A stretch of DNA of 64,000 nt from an uncultured delta proteobacterium (GCA_963850305.1 CAWKKR010000007.1:992001-1056000), one strand, 5' to 3'; positions 1-10,549 are shown, counted from the first letter of the stretch. A program made the numbers and translations. The notes: a model not told the origin generated them from the letters alone.

Positions 1-50
1 GCTCGTTCTTCGACAGCGTCGCCAGTGGCGCGACCATTCTTCCCTATCGC

Positions 51-893
51 GTGAAGCGGCTCTCGCAGCAGCTCGTGTCGCTCGCGGACTCGGGCGACAC
101 GGCGCTTCTCGGCCTCACGGCGATGGGCAACGCCGAGCGCGACGACGCGGGACGCGCGGTCCTCTCTGCGATCCTAGCGCTCGTCATCGGGCGTCAGGTC
201 ACGACCGAGCGCGTCGCGCTCGCCCGCCTCACGATGGCGGCACTGATGGCCGACGCGGGGCGGATTCGCGTCGCGGGTCCCGAAGGCCGCGACGTGCTCA
301 TGGAGCTGACCGAGGACGACGAGTGCAAGGTCCCCGCACTCACCGCGACCGTGTGCGTCGCCACGGGCGGCGTGAACGTCCCGAACGCCCTGCGCACCGT
401 CGTCACGACCGAGACCACCTGGCTCGAGCGCGAACAGCTGCTCGGCGCCGTCTACCAGCGCGAGATGGCGCCACTGGTCGAGGCGCACATCCTTCGCCTG
501 GCGCGCGCGCTCATCGACCACCTGGCTCCGCGCGATGCGGCGGTCGGCACGAAGTCCCCTCTCGACGCGCTCGAAGCCGTCGCCGCGACCCCGGGCATCG
601 ACCCCGTACTCCTCCGGCTGTTCATCGGCGCCGTCGGTCTGCTCCCCACGGGCAGCGTCGTGGAGTTCGAAACGGGCGAGTGGGGCGTCGTGGTCGGCCC
701 TTCGAAGAGCCCTGGCGCTTTCGAACGCCCCGTCGTGCGGCTCGTGACCGATCGCCACGGCCGAGCCATGAACCCCCCGCGCGAAGTCGACCTGGGCGGT
801 GCGGTGCCCGGGAGCCGCGTCTTCCCGCGCATCGCGAACGTCGTGCCGCCCAAGCAAGCGCGCTTCAACGTCACGCGAGTCTTCCTGAGCTGA
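51..893 (+). CDS. C-terminal part of a degenerate HD-GYP-like protein (probably starts upstream of the window)
   Basis: SPLDAL...IDPVLLRLFIGAVGLLPTGSVVEFETGEWGVVV...RPVVRLVTDRHG resembles HD-GYP C-termini; the HD position reads LMADAGR. Confidence 0.55.
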   Translation: MKRLSQQLVSLADSGDTALLGLTAMGNAERDDAGRAVLSAILALVIGRQVTTERVALARLTMAALMADAGRIRVAGPEGRDVLMELTEDDECKVPALTATVCVATGGVNVPNALRTVVTTETTWLEREQLLGAVYQREMAPLVEAHILRLARALIDHLAPRDAAVGTKSPLDALEAVAATPGIDPVLLRLFIGAVGLLPTGSVVEFETGEWGVVVGPSKSPGAFERPVVRLVTDRHGRAMNPPREVDLGGAVPGSRVFPRIANVVPPKQARFNVTRVFLS

Positions 894-1068
894 ATTCGAC
901 GCAGAGCGGCGCGACTGGGAGAACGAGCCTCCTACGCGGAAGTCCGCGATCCGGCACGCTTCTTGTTGACACTCGGGTGGCCGGAAGGTACTCGTGGCGG
1001 GCGTTTCCATCGAGGGATCACGGGGAGAACTTCGCCCGAACGTGGGCTCGATCCGCCCTAGACAGTCC

Positions 1069-2068
1069 ATGAGAATCGGAAGACCGTTTACGGGGATCGC
1101 GTTCGTAGCGGGGCTCCTCTCGCTGGGAGTGGACGCTCACGCGCATCCTCCCGTGGATGACTTTCTGAACCCGCAGCCCGCGGCGCCGCACCTGACCCTG
1201 ATGCCCTTCGTCGGTCCGGGCTTCCGCGCCATCTACGACCATCGCTTCCAGATCGAGAAGGACATGAGCGAGGTCCGCACTCAGCTCATGGGCACCGTTG
1301 CCGTCCCCTTCTCCGAGGTGAGCGCCAACATCGACGCCCGCTTCTTCCTCATGAGCTTCGGCGCCAGCGTCGGTTTCCACGACGAGTGGCACATGCTCCA
1401 GTTCACGCCGGATCCGCAGACCGGCAGGGACCGCGCCGGACAGCCCCAGGTGGACGCCGTCGCCCCGCTGACGGACACGACGCCGACGTTCAACGATCTC
1501 ACCCTCAATGCACGCGCCGTCAAAGATCAGAACGCCGACGAGAAGAGCAAAGCCTGGGCGTGGGAGGAGCTCCGCTGGGGCTTCGTGTGGCCCGGCTACA
1601 ACTTCATGGGCGTCTCGAACCTCGCGTTTCGGCACGACGGCCGCCCGAACGTCACGTACGACTGGGAGAACGGCACCGTCCTGAACGGCGGCTGGAACAT
1701 CCGGTGGGAGGGGTACGCGCTCCTCCGCAGTCGGAACATCGGGTTCATCGGACCTGCCTTTCGCGCGCTGATCGTGCCGCGGAATCGCACGCTCGAATGA
1801 CTTCACGACTCCGAGCGGGGAAGTCTTGCCGGCCGACAGCGCCTGCCAGGTCGGCGTCGTCGCCGGCCTCGTCTGCGCGCAGACGCACGAGTTCGAGTTT
1901 CAATACGGCATCCTCGCCGGAATGCGGCCGAACTGGGTGAACAGCGCCGACACGCTCCTCCTTCGCGCCTACACGACGTTGGGGTTGAAGAACGACCTGT
2001 TCGGCACGCAGGCGTTCCGCCTGCCGCTGCAGATCCTCGCCGCGTACATGGTGGACATCGACTTCTGA
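1069..2068 (+). CDS. Secreted/outer-membrane hypothetical protein, apparent frameshift near 1797
   Basis: Signal peptide (..LGVDAHA); ORF 994..1800 continues in frame 1826..2068, ending in beta-barrel-like YMVDIDF. Confidence 0.55.
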
Positions 2069-2078
2069 GGCCGAGCGG

Positions 2079-3734
2079 ATGAGAACCCTCCACGCACAGC
2101 GCACGATTCTCGCGGTCCTGATCGGCGGCGGCACCGTCTTCGCCGCGCCGCGCGCGCTCGCGAGCAACCCGCTCGAGTATCCGGACAACGGCGCGGCGGC
2201 GTTCTCCCGCGGCGGCGCGTGGCTCGCGGTCGGCAACGAACCGATCGCGGCGCACTACAACCCCGCGGCGCTCGCCACGCAAGGCAGCGGTTTCAGCATC
2301 GAGCAGCAGCTCAATTTCGACAAGGTGTGCTTCACGCGCGAGTCGCCGGGCGGGGGACCCGCCGGGCCCGCGCCGGCGTCTTCGGACAGCTCCAGGAGAC
2401 GTATCTGCCGGCGTGCGAGAATCGCGGGTCTTTCCCGAGCACCATTCCGTCCATCTCGATAGCGTGGCGGGCGACCGACAAGCTCGGATTCGGCTTCGCG
2501 ATCGTGCCGCCGGCGACGTACGGGCTTCCGGAGAACGCATTTCCGGCGACCGCGCTCGGGTACAACAACGCGACGAAGACGTACGTCCAGATGCCGTCCC
2601 CGTGGCGGTACATGTCGCTGAACCAGCAGTCCACGATCCTCTTTCCGACGTGGAGCGTCGGCTACGAGCTCGTGAAGCACTTTCGAGTCGGCGTCGGGCT
2701 CGTGTCGGGGATCGCCACCATCAACACGCAGGTGGCCGGATTGACCTCCGTCACGTCCGGCACGGACGCCAGCGACAACAGCAGGTACGACGCGCTGACG
2801 ACCCTCCGTACGAACGACCTGTTCGTCCCCGGCGTCGTCGGGTCGATTCATTGGTCCGTCACTCCGCAGATCGACGTGTCGGCGTGGGGCCGGTGGATGG
2901 ACAGCGTGCGCACCGATCACGGCGACGTGACCGCCTCGTACGACGTCTATGGCGAACCGCACCGGCCTCAACCCGACGTGCCAGGTGGCCAGCCTGTCGG
3001 CCGCCACCGGATGCGGCGGCGCGATCGTGAACAACTTTCCGGACGCGGCCCAGGGGCACAAGAACGTGCTGACCCGGTTCGTGTTCCCGATCCCGCCGGA
3101 AGTCCGCCTCGGCGCCCGGTTTCACCAGCCGCGCTCGAAGGCGGGCGTCGCCATGGACAACGCGCGGGTGTCGCGCGATCCGCTGCATGACGACCTGTTC
3201 GACGTGGAGGTGGACGGCAGCTGGGCGATGAACAGCAAGGCCAACACCGTCGAGGTGCGCTTCGACCCCACGCAGTACGTCGATCCCATCCACGTGCCTT
3301 TGCCCGCCAACGCCGACAGGTGGAACGGGTATATCGACTCGTACGGCCTTCGCGTGGGCGGGCAGTGGAACATCATCCGGGACAAGCTCGGCGTGCGCGC
3401 CGGAGGCTGGTTCGAGACCCGCTCAGTGGATCCGGCGTGGCTCAACGTGTTCCCGGTCGGCGCGTTCCGCTACGGCGGAGGCGGCGGCGTGGTCTTCCGG
3501 CAAAACTTCATCGATATCTCGATCGGGTACCAGCATCACGAGTCGCTCGGTCTCGACAACGACGGCAACGGCCTGCTGCGCGCGAGCACGGGAGTCCTGA
3601 CCCCCTCGATCGTCGACCCGCCCGGGACACCGGCCAGCAAGCTCCAGGCGGATCGCAGCGTGCACACCGTGAACGGCGGTAAAGTGACGCAGAGCGCAAA
3701 CGCCTTCACGCTGGGCGGCACGGTTCGATTCTAG
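2079..3734 (+). CDS. FadL/TodX-like outer-membrane hydrophobic-compound transporter, two apparent frameshifts (~2390, ~2950)
   Basis: GAAAFSRGGAWLA...AAHYNPAAL N-terminal FadL motif; continues in ORFs 2219..3190 and 2949..3734, ending GGTVRF. Confidence 0.7.
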
Positions 3735-3984
3735 GCAAGCGCTCGCCCGCCGCCCTCGAACGACGCTCGAACCCCCCTCGAACGAAGGTCGGCGAGACTG
3801 CCCCGGGTGCGGCGGAGGATTTGGGCCCGAGTCTCGCTGCTGCGAGCAGCGCTGGAGCTCCTTCTTCAGCCTTCGCCGAACCGGTCTGGTCTCTCTGGCT
3901 TCAGGCCGAGGCTCGGTTCGCCGAGCCCCGAGACTCGCGCAGCTCGACGAAGAACGAACGCCCTCGGACGCAAAGCAAGCGTGA

Positions 3985-4260
3985 TCACGTGTCCGGTCCG
4001 TCGCGTCAAGCGCGCGGTGAGCGGTCGTAAGTCGCTCACAAGCCGACTCCCGCGCGTGGCGCGCGCGATCGCGCGTCCGGTTCGCCATCCCCGGTCTGCG
4101 GAGCGCGCTACCCGGTCTGCGGAGCGCGCTAGCGGCCGTTAGTGTCGCCTACTCGCGTGTCCGGTTCGTCGCGCCACGCGCTCGGGGCGCGCTACCCGAC
4201 GCATGGCTCGCGCTTCCGCGCGCTGGTGTCGCCTTGCCACGTGTCCGGTACGCGGACGCT
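3985..4260. repeat. Degenerate 21-bp periodic array with an 84-bp higher-order period
   Basis: G(T/C)GTCCGGT at 3989, 4073, 4157, 4241; GTGTCGCCT at 4142 and 4226; exact tandem CCCGGTCTGCGGAGCGCGCTA x2 near 4090-4131. Confidence 0.7.
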
Positions 4261-4439
4261 GGCGCCGGTGACGCAGACACTCCCCTCCCACACTCCCACG
4301 ACGCGTCGCGGAAACTGCGGCGAATGGAGCTCGCGAGCGGCCGCCCGGCGCTGGAACGCCTTGCAGCGAGGCTGACCATCGGGTAGGAGGCGAAGTCTCT
4401 TGCGGCGATAGAACCTGCCCCATTTGCACCAGAGGAAAC

Positions 4440-5567
4440 ATGAACCGACTTCAACATACTAGCCTGCTTGGTGGTCTCCTTCTCGGCGCTTGCGCTCTTT
4501 CAGCCTGTGGCAGCAGCAGCAACAGTCCACCGAGCGGAGGTACTGGCGGCGGTCAGGGCTTCGGAAGTGGCGGAGAGACCTCTGGCGGCGGCAGTGGACA
4601 GGGGTCGGGTGGTTTCGACACCACCGGCGGCGGTTCGGGGAATGGCGGAGTGAGTGAGTCGGGCGGCAGCAGCAACGGCGGCTCGTCCGCGGGTGGCGCT
4701 TCCGCAGGCGGCGGCGCCGCCACCGGGGGCGCGGGCAGCGGCGGCTGCGACACGACGACGGGAACCTGGGCTATCGACTTCAAGACGAACGTGTCCTGGG
4801 CGGGAACCCTGGTGCTTGTCGCGGGCAGCGGCAGCCAGGAGCTGAAGATGCTCTCGCACCGCACCGCGAGTGGTACGACGGTGACCGACGCAGCCCAGAT
4901 CTGCTCGGTAACCATTCCCCCGTTTCCGATCCTCGGGGGCATCGACCAGATCAAGATCGTCTTCCCGGCTGCGGCGTTCGGCGGTCCGCCGATCAACACG
5001 ACATTGACTACCACGGTGAGCGGCAGCGGTGCTGGCGCCACATTCACGAGCGCCGATAGCGCCGTGCTCGTCGGTGGGAATCTTGCGAAGCCTCTGACCG
5101 ACCCTTGGCCGTGCTTCGGCACCACGGCTGGCTGCGGGCAGACCTATCCGGGTGCGCCGACCAATGTGACGGTCTCGGCCTTCAGCGTGGACGCCGACGG
5201 AGACTCGAAGCCCGGCGTGACAGCAACGGCGACGCCCCCGGGCGGGAGCTGCTCCAATTGCACCCTCGTGCCAACCTCCGCCGGGCCGACTGCGGACGAA
5301 CTCTATCTCGCATTCATCACGATCGCGAGCGCGTCGGGTACCATGGATTCATGCACCCACGGCAGCGGACCACTCGATCTCAAGTCGATCAACCAGTCCA
5401 TCCTCGGCTGCCACAACAGCGACAACAGCGGCGATTGCGACCAGGCCCAGGTGCAATACGTGAACGACAACTCGCCCGACTGGGTGCCGGCAACCGGCGG
5501 CACCATCACCATGGTGAAGCTCGCGGACGGCGCGACGTGCGCGGACGTGGCGACCGCCGCGTTCTGA
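4440..5567 (+). CDS. Cys-containing lipoprotein with Gly/Ser linker
   Basis: RBS GAGGA, lipobox LSAC, Gly/Ser-rich linker, then a beta-rich domain. Confidence 0.8.
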   Translation: MNRLQHTSLLGGLLLGACALSACGSSSNSPPSGGTGGGQGFGSGGETSGGGSGQGSGGFDTTGGGSGNGGVSESGGSSNGGSSAGGASAGGGAATGGAGSGGCDTTTGTWAIDFKTNVSWAGTLVLVAGSGSQELKMLSHRTASGTTVTDAAQICSVTIPPFPILGGIDQIKIVFPAAAFGGPPINTTLTTTVSGSGAGATFTSADSAVLVGGNLAKPLTDPWPCFGTTAGCGQTYPGAPTNVTVSAFSVDADGDSKPGVTATATPPGGSCSNCTLVPTSAGPTADELYLAFITIASASGTMDSCTHGSGPLDLKSINQSILGCHNSDNSGDCDQAQVQYVNDNSPDWVPATGGTITMVKLADGATCADVATAAF

Positions 5568-5587
5568 GAGCGGTCACTGTTCGGTGG

Positions 5588-5622
5588 CGGGCGCGGCCGG
5601 GAGGCCGCGCCCGTTTTCGTTT
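5588..5622 (+). terminator. Rho-independent terminator
   Basis: CGGGCGCGGCC-GGGA-GGCCGCGCCCG followed by TTTTCGTTT. Confidence 0.75.
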
Positions 5623-5786
5623 CACCAATGGTCGGCGAGGTCGGCGACCGGACGCACCGTCCGATCTCGCGATCTTTCGAAGCGTTGGCGGATTGTCGTT
5701 GCGATACCTGAGGCAGTCGGGATGCCTGGATGCAGCGTGGCCACCATCCGATAGTCCGTGCGTTCGGCAGGATTACACCACTGCCA

Positions 5787-5828
5787 GAAACACGAAACGC
5801 CGACGACCCCGAACGGGGCCGCCGGCGT
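5787..5828 (-). terminator. Rho-independent terminator of the minus-strand lipoprotein gene
   Basis: Minus strand CGCCGGCGGCCCC-GTTC-GGGGTCGTCGGCG followed by TTTCGTGTTTC. Confidence 0.6.
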
Positions 5829-5849
5829 CGCGTCGCCGCGCTCGGCGAA

Positions 5850-7373
5850 TCAGTTCCCCGTCGGCGTCCCCGTCGTGCTCTGCACGTCGCAGGTTCCGTC
5901 CGCGATGTTCGTCGCGGCGAACGCCTGGTACGCGATCGTCCGGTAGGCGTCGTGGCAATCGCCATGCGCCGCGGTATCGGTGCTCGAACACCAGTCGCCC
6001 GTGGGCATCCCGTTGACGGGGTCCATCGCGTTCCACTTGGGGTTCACCCGGCACCGGGCGTCATTCGAGGTTCCCCACCCGCCCGCGATCGAAACCGCGG
6101 GCGTCGGGTAGAGGTAGCAGAGCGTCTGGCTCAGCACGTTGCTCCAGATCTGCTCGAGCTCAGCGATGAGGAAGTAGCCCTTCGTGACTCCGGGCGCGGT
6201 GCCGTCGATGGTGGTGGCGCTTCCCCAAGGGTTGCTCGGGCCCGCGGACGTGGTGTTGGTGGTGGCGCCCCCCGGTGCGCAGCCCACCGTCGCGAGGGCG
6301 TCGCCGTGGAAAGTGCCGACGCAGTTCGGATGAGCGGGGTCGTTGAACGTGCTGTTGATCTCCGCTTCCCGGATCGGGATGAGCTCGTACGCCGTCGGCA
6401 CGAGCGTGTCGTAGAGGATCTGCCAGCCGACGGGCGAGTAGCCGTGGGACTGCTTCGTCGTGTCGTCGTAGAAGAAGACGCCGGTGAAGCCCTGTTTTCC
6501 GAGATCGCCGGTCGTCTTGTCCAGCCGAGCGAGGATCTGCTCGCGCTGGGTGGTGTATTTGCCGATCCCGGCGTCTGCGCCCTCGGGGGCGATGGCGGGG
6601 TTCGGCGCGGCCGTCAGGTCGAAGTCCACCGGCAGGCGCTTGGCGAACGCGGGGGCCACGTTCCACGGCTGCGGCATGGGGTTCGTGAGACCGACCGGAT
6701 ACGGGGGCAGCGTTGCCGCGAGGCCCTGTCCCGCCACGTAGAGCTGGGAGATCCCTAGGCTGCCGCTTCCCGAGGCTTCCTTGTAGGAACCCGTCCAGCT
6801 GCTCGCCGTCGCCATGCAGAGGCCGTTCTTGAGCGAGTTCTGCACGGAGGTCGTCACGGTGTCGCTCGACGACCCGTTGCTCAGCGTCTGTAGCAACGTG
6901 CTGAACCCGACGCGCGACGTACCGGCGTTGAGATCGAAATCGACGAGCTCGATGTAGCCGCTGTCGCCGCTCAGGCCACAGGTGCTGTCCGGGATCGTCG
7001 TGAACGCGTTGAGCGTCTGATACACGACGGATTCCTGGAGCCCGGCGGGCGAAGTGGGATTCACCCACATGTTGCGCATTTGAATGCGCTTCGGGGTGAG
7101 CGTGTTGTCGCGTGTCGCGAGGCACTCGGAGCCCGGCGAGCCGTTGCCGGAGCTCGTGGAGTAGCAGCTCGGGTCGGTCGGGCAGCAGGCACCTTCGCAT
7201 TTGGTGTTGCCTCCGCCGTCCGTCGACGAGACCGCGCCGCCGCCGTCCGCGCCTCCGGCGCTGGTGGCTCCGCCGGCTCCGCCGGTGGACGACTTGGACG
7301 TTCCACAGGCGGTCACGCCCATGAACGCGCACGCCCCTGCCGCAATAAGAAATCCCATTCCGTAACGAATCAT
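5850..7373 (-). CDS. Cys-rich lipoprotein of unknown function
   Basis: RBS AGGAGG, lipobox VTAC, Gly linker, many cysteines. Confidence 0.8.
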   Translation of the reverse strand: MIRYGMGFLIAAGACAFMGVTACGTSKSSTGGAGGATSAGGADGGGAVSSTDGGGNTKCEGACCPTDPSCYSTSSGNGSPGSECLATRDNTLTPKRIQMRNMWVNPTSPAGLQESVVYQTLNAFTTIPDSTCGLSGDSGYIELVDFDLNAGTSRVGFSTLLQTLSNGSSSDTVTTSVQNSLKNGLCMATASSWTGSYKEASGSGSLGISQLYVAGQGLAATLPPYPVGLTNPMPQPWNVAPAFAKRLPVDFDLTAAPNPAIAPEGADAGIGKYTTQREQILARLDKTTGDLGKQGFTGVFFYDDTTKQSHGYSPVGWQILYDTLVPTAYELIPIREAEINSTFNDPAHPNCVGTFHGDALATVGCAPGGATTNTTSAGPSNPWGSATTIDGTAPGVTKGYFLIAELEQIWSNVLSQTLCYLYPTPAVSIAGGWGTSNDARCRVNPKWNAMDPVNGMPTGDWCSSTDTAAHGDCHDAYRTIAYQAFAATNIADGTCDVQSTTGTPTGN

Positions 7374-7530
7374 GTGAGTGCCTCCTGAATGACGACCACG
7401 TTAGAAAACCAAGAGTGTGACCGCCGCGAAGCGGACATCCGTCACTTTATCGCTCGAGCGCGACTTCGCCCGTCCCTGCGGCGCTGACGGCGGAGGGAGG
7501 AGTAACAGCGCTTCGCACCCGGCGTCAACG

Positions 7531-7544
7531 TGACTCACGGGTCA
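7531..7544. promoter_or_regulatory. Putative TetR operator TGAC-N6-GTCA
   Basis: TGACTCACGGGTCA next to a minus-strand TTGACG -35 hexamer (7523-7528). Confidence 0.55.
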
Positions 7545-7619
7545 TCCCTCACACTCGTCCCGCGTCGCAACGCGTTGGTCCCGCGGTCCGATACGGCGCG
7601 CCGCGACGCATCACGTGCG

Positions 7620-7660
7620 TTGACGCCGGTGCGGGCGAGTGTAGTCTGACGCGGGCGTCA
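7620..7660 (+). promoter_or_regulatory. sigma70-like promoter of tetR overlapped by operator TGACGCGGGCGTCA (7647-7660)
   Basis: TTGACG-16bp-TAGTCT immediately followed by the palindrome. Confidence 0.6.
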
Positions 7661-7679
7661 AGTTTGGACGCTCGTCCGG

Positions 7680-8390
7680 ATGTCTCCCAAAACCAGCCGA
7701 AATGCGGCACCCGTGAAGGGCGCTCGCCGGAAGCGCGCCGCGCCGCGGGTGGACGTGGACCCCGCGGACGGCAAGCGCGAGCGCAACAAGGCGCAGAATC
7801 GGCGGGATATCCTCGTTGCGGCGCGTGAGGTCTTCACCGAGCTCGGCTACGACGGCGCGACGGTGCGCGACGTCATCCGGAAGACGCGGCTCGCGTCGGG
7901 GACCTTCTACAACTACTTCCCGGACAAGGAGTCCGTGTTCCGCGCGCTCCTCGTCGAGAGCGAAGAGCGCCGCCACGAATGGCTCCGCAAGGTCGAGCGC
8001 CGCGACGGGGACTACGAAGAATATCTCCGCGACACGTTCCGCGCGTACTTCGAGTTCGTCATCTCCGATCGCACGACGTTCGATCTGATGCGCAGGAACG
8101 CCGCGACGATTCGCGCGTTCGCACGAGACCCGGTCATCATCGACGAGCGCGCGCGCCTGAGCCGGGCCCTCGGCGCGGCGATGGACAACGAGCGCCTGCC
8201 GCACTCCGATCCGGAGTTCCTCGCGAGCGCGATCCTCGGCATTGCGTTCGAAGTAGCGGTCCTCATGGTCGATCGGGATCCGATCGACGACGTTCGCGCG
8301 ACGGAGTTCGTCACGGACTTATTTCTTGGGTTCTTCGCCCGCGTACGCCGCGGCGAGGCCATGGCCGCGCCGCGTACGCGAACGGCGTGA
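7680..8390 (+). CDS. TetR/AcrR family transcriptional regulator
   Basis: ILVAAREVFTELGYDGATVRDVIRKTRLASGTFYNYFPDKE HTH. Confidence 0.95.
   Translation: MSPKTSRNAAPVKGARRKRAAPRVDVDPADGKRERNKAQNRRDILVAAREVFTELGYDGATVRDVIRKTRLASGTFYNYFPDKESVFRALLVESEERRHEWLRKVERRDGDYEEYLRDTFRAYFEFVISDRTTFDLMRRNAATIRAFARDPVIIDERARLSRALGAAMDNERLPHSDPEFLASAILGIAFEVAVLMVDRDPIDDVRATEFVTDLFLGFFARVRRGEAMAAPRTRTA
8262..8384 (+). repeat. 123-bp direct repeat, copy 1 (3' end of tetR)
   Basis: Identical to 8974-9096 except G8357/A9069. Confidence 0.95.
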
Positions 8391-8486
8391 GTCGATGCGT
8401 CGTCTCTATCGCGCATCCAGCCCTCATCGGCGAGGCTCACGACGCGATCGGCGAACGATCGCGTCGTGATCGGCAACGATCCCGCC

Positions 8487-8696
8487 GAGGACGGCAACAT
8501 CCGCGTCGAGGATGGCAACGTCCGCGTCGAGGATGGCAACGTCCGCGTCGAGGATGGCAACGTCCGCGCCGAGGATGGCAACGTCCGCGCCGAGGATGGC
8601 AACGTCCGCGCCGAGGATGGCCGCATCCGCGCCGAGGACGGCCGCATCCGCGCCGAGGACGGCCGCGTCCGCGCCGAGGACGGCCGCGTCCGCGCC
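8487..8696. repeat. Tandem array, 10 x 21 bp (GAGGA(T/C)GGC(AA/CG)C(G/A)TCCGCG(T/C)C)
   Basis: Units read directly; substitutions form a gradient along the array. Confidence 0.95.
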
Positions 8697-8973
8697 GTGA
8701 TTGGCGACGATGTCGCCGAGGACGTCCACGATGCCGCCGAGGACGCGTGCGTCCTCACTTCGGATACGGCCGTCCTCGGTCCGACTACCTGCGTCCTCGC
8801 CTCGGGGACTGGCGTCGAGGACGTCTCAGGTGCGATTCATGTCGAGGCCTTCAGGTCGTCGCGGCGCGCCGTTCGCGTCCTTCCGGCGAGACGTCACAAA
8901 GTCGCACCAACAACTTCCCTCGAATCGAACGTAACACTAGCGTCACTTTTTGAGCATCGGTCGAGTCTAGCTG

Positions 8974-9096
8974 CTCATGGTCGATCGGGATCCGATCGAC
9001 GACGTTCGCGCGACGGAGTTCGTCACGGACTTATTTCTTGGGTTCTTCGCCCGCGTACGCCGCGGCGAAGCCATGGCCGCGCCGCGTACGCGAACG
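8974..9096 (+). repeat. 123-bp direct repeat, copy 2 (orphan tetR 3' fragment)
   Basis: Matches 8262-8384 at offset 712. Confidence 0.95.
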
Positions 9097-9202
9097 ACGA
9101 TGCGACCGTTCTTCACGTGGGCCTTCAGCGCGCTCATCGACGAGAACCCTAGCGCAGTTGCTAAATGCGGCCCAGTGAGGGGGGGCCAGGGTCGACTCGA
9201 AC

Positions 9203-9218
9203 GTGACACCGGCGTCAC
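9203..9218. promoter_or_regulatory. Putative TetR operator upstream of the acyl-CoA dehydrogenase operon
   Basis: GTGAC-ACCGGC-GTCAC; decayed copy GTAACACTAGCGTCAC at 8931-8946. Confidence 0.6.
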
Positions 9219-9414
9219 CTTTTGCTATTACGGCGAAGTCGACGAGCGCCGGTTGGCCCTCGCGGCAAAAATGGCCATAAGGCCAAATTGAGCGACGACA
9301 CTGTCTCGAGGGTCTGTTAAACGCGAGGACTCTCGATCGTGGCCCCCCAAGGCGCAAGCGGCCATCTCGCGGAAGCCGACTCGGCGCCTCAACGCAGCAA
9401 CAAAGGGAACCCGC

Positions 9415-10521
9415 ATGTACTCGTTCGAACCCACCGAAGAGCAGCAATCGATCATCGATACGGTGCGTGATTTCGCGAAGGCCGAAATGCGCCCGAAGAG
9501 CATGGAAGCGGACGAGAAGGACGCGCTCCCGGATGGCTTCCTGCAAAAGTCATGGGACCTCGGCCTTGCCGTCGCGGCGATCCCGGAGGCGTACGGCGGC
9601 AGCGGCATCGAGCGTTCGGCGGTGACCGGCTCGCTCCTCGCGGAAGAGCTCGGCTACGGGGACGTCGCGATGGGCCTGGCGACGCTGGTGCCCGCGCTGG
9701 TCGCGTACCCGATCGTGGATTACGGGACGGAAGAGCAGAAGAAGAAGTACCTGCCGCTCTTCACGGGAAGCGCGTTCCCGAAAGCGACCGCCGCGGTGGT
9801 CGAGCCGAGCATGGACTTCGATCCGACGGCGCTCACGACGACCGCGACGAAGAAGGGCTCGGGCTACGTGCTCTCGGGCAAGAAGTGCCTCGTGCCGCTC
9901 GGGAGCTCGGCCGAGCTCTTCCTCGTGTACGCGAGCGAAGGCGGAACGGGGTTCGACCACGTGCAAGCGTTCCTCGTGCCGCGCGGCGCGAAGGGCCTCA
10001 CGGTCGGTGAAAAAGAGAAGAACATGGGCATCAAGGCGCTCGACACCGTGCACCTCACGCTCGACAACGTCGAGGTGCCCGCGGACGCGAAGCTCGGCGG
10101 GGACAAGGGGATCAACTTCGAGAAGATCATGAGCTATTCGCGGGTCGCGCTGTCGTCGCTCGCGATCGGCGTGTCGCGCGCGGCGCTCGAGCATTCGACG
10201 ACGTACGCGAAGGAGCGCACGGCCTTCGGCGAGCCGATCGGGCAGCGCCAGGCGGTCGCGTTCATGATCGCGGACATGGCGCTCGAGATCGACGCGATGC
10301 GCGTGCTCGTGTGGGAGGCCGCGTGGCACCTGGACAAGGGCGGGCCCTCGACGCAAGAGACGTATCTGGCGAAGATGTACTCCGACAAGAACGCCCTGAA
10401 GGTGACGGACAATGCCGTCCAGGTGATGGGCGGGCACGGGTACATCAGAGAAAACCCGGTGGAAGGCTGGCTGCGCCACGCGCGCGGCTTCTACACCCTC
10501 GACGGCGTGGCCCTGGTCTGA
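9415..10521 (+). CDS. Acyl-CoA dehydrogenase, probable non-catalytic subunit (FadE24-like)
   Basis: ACAD motifs (YAKERTAFGEPIGQRQAV, VQVMGGHGY); truncated C-terminus without the xEG glutamate. Confidence 0.9.
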   Translation: MYSFEPTEEQQSIIDTVRDFAKAEMRPKSMEADEKDALPDGFLQKSWDLGLAVAAIPEAYGGSGIERSAVTGSLLAEELGYGDVAMGLATLVPALVAYPIVDYGTEEQKKKYLPLFTGSAFPKATAAVVEPSMDFDPTALTTTATKKGSGYVLSGKKCLVPLGSSAELFLVYASEGGTGFDHVQAFLVPRGAKGLTVGEKEKNMGIKALDTVHLTLDNVEVPADAKLGGDKGINFEKIMSYSRVALSSLAIGVSRAALEHSTTYAKERTAFGEPIGQRQAVAFMIADMALEIDAMRVLVWEAAWHLDKGGPSTQETYLAKMYSDKNALKVTDNAVQVMGGHGYIRENPVEGWLRHARGFYTLDGVALV

Positions 10522-10549
10522 GCGAAAAGGTTCAAAGGAGAAACGAGCG

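Noticed and set aside
3985..4260. Degenerate CRISPR with 84-bp period
   Set aside because: The conserved part is only ~9 bp and the intervening sequence is itself 21-bp periodic
8487..8696. CRISPR array
   Set aside because: Contiguous tandem units with no unique spacers; no cas genes
8262..9096. Diversity-generating retroelement TR/VR pair (the single mismatch is at an A)
   Set aside because: Only one substitution, no reverse transcriptase in the window, and the target is a TetR tail
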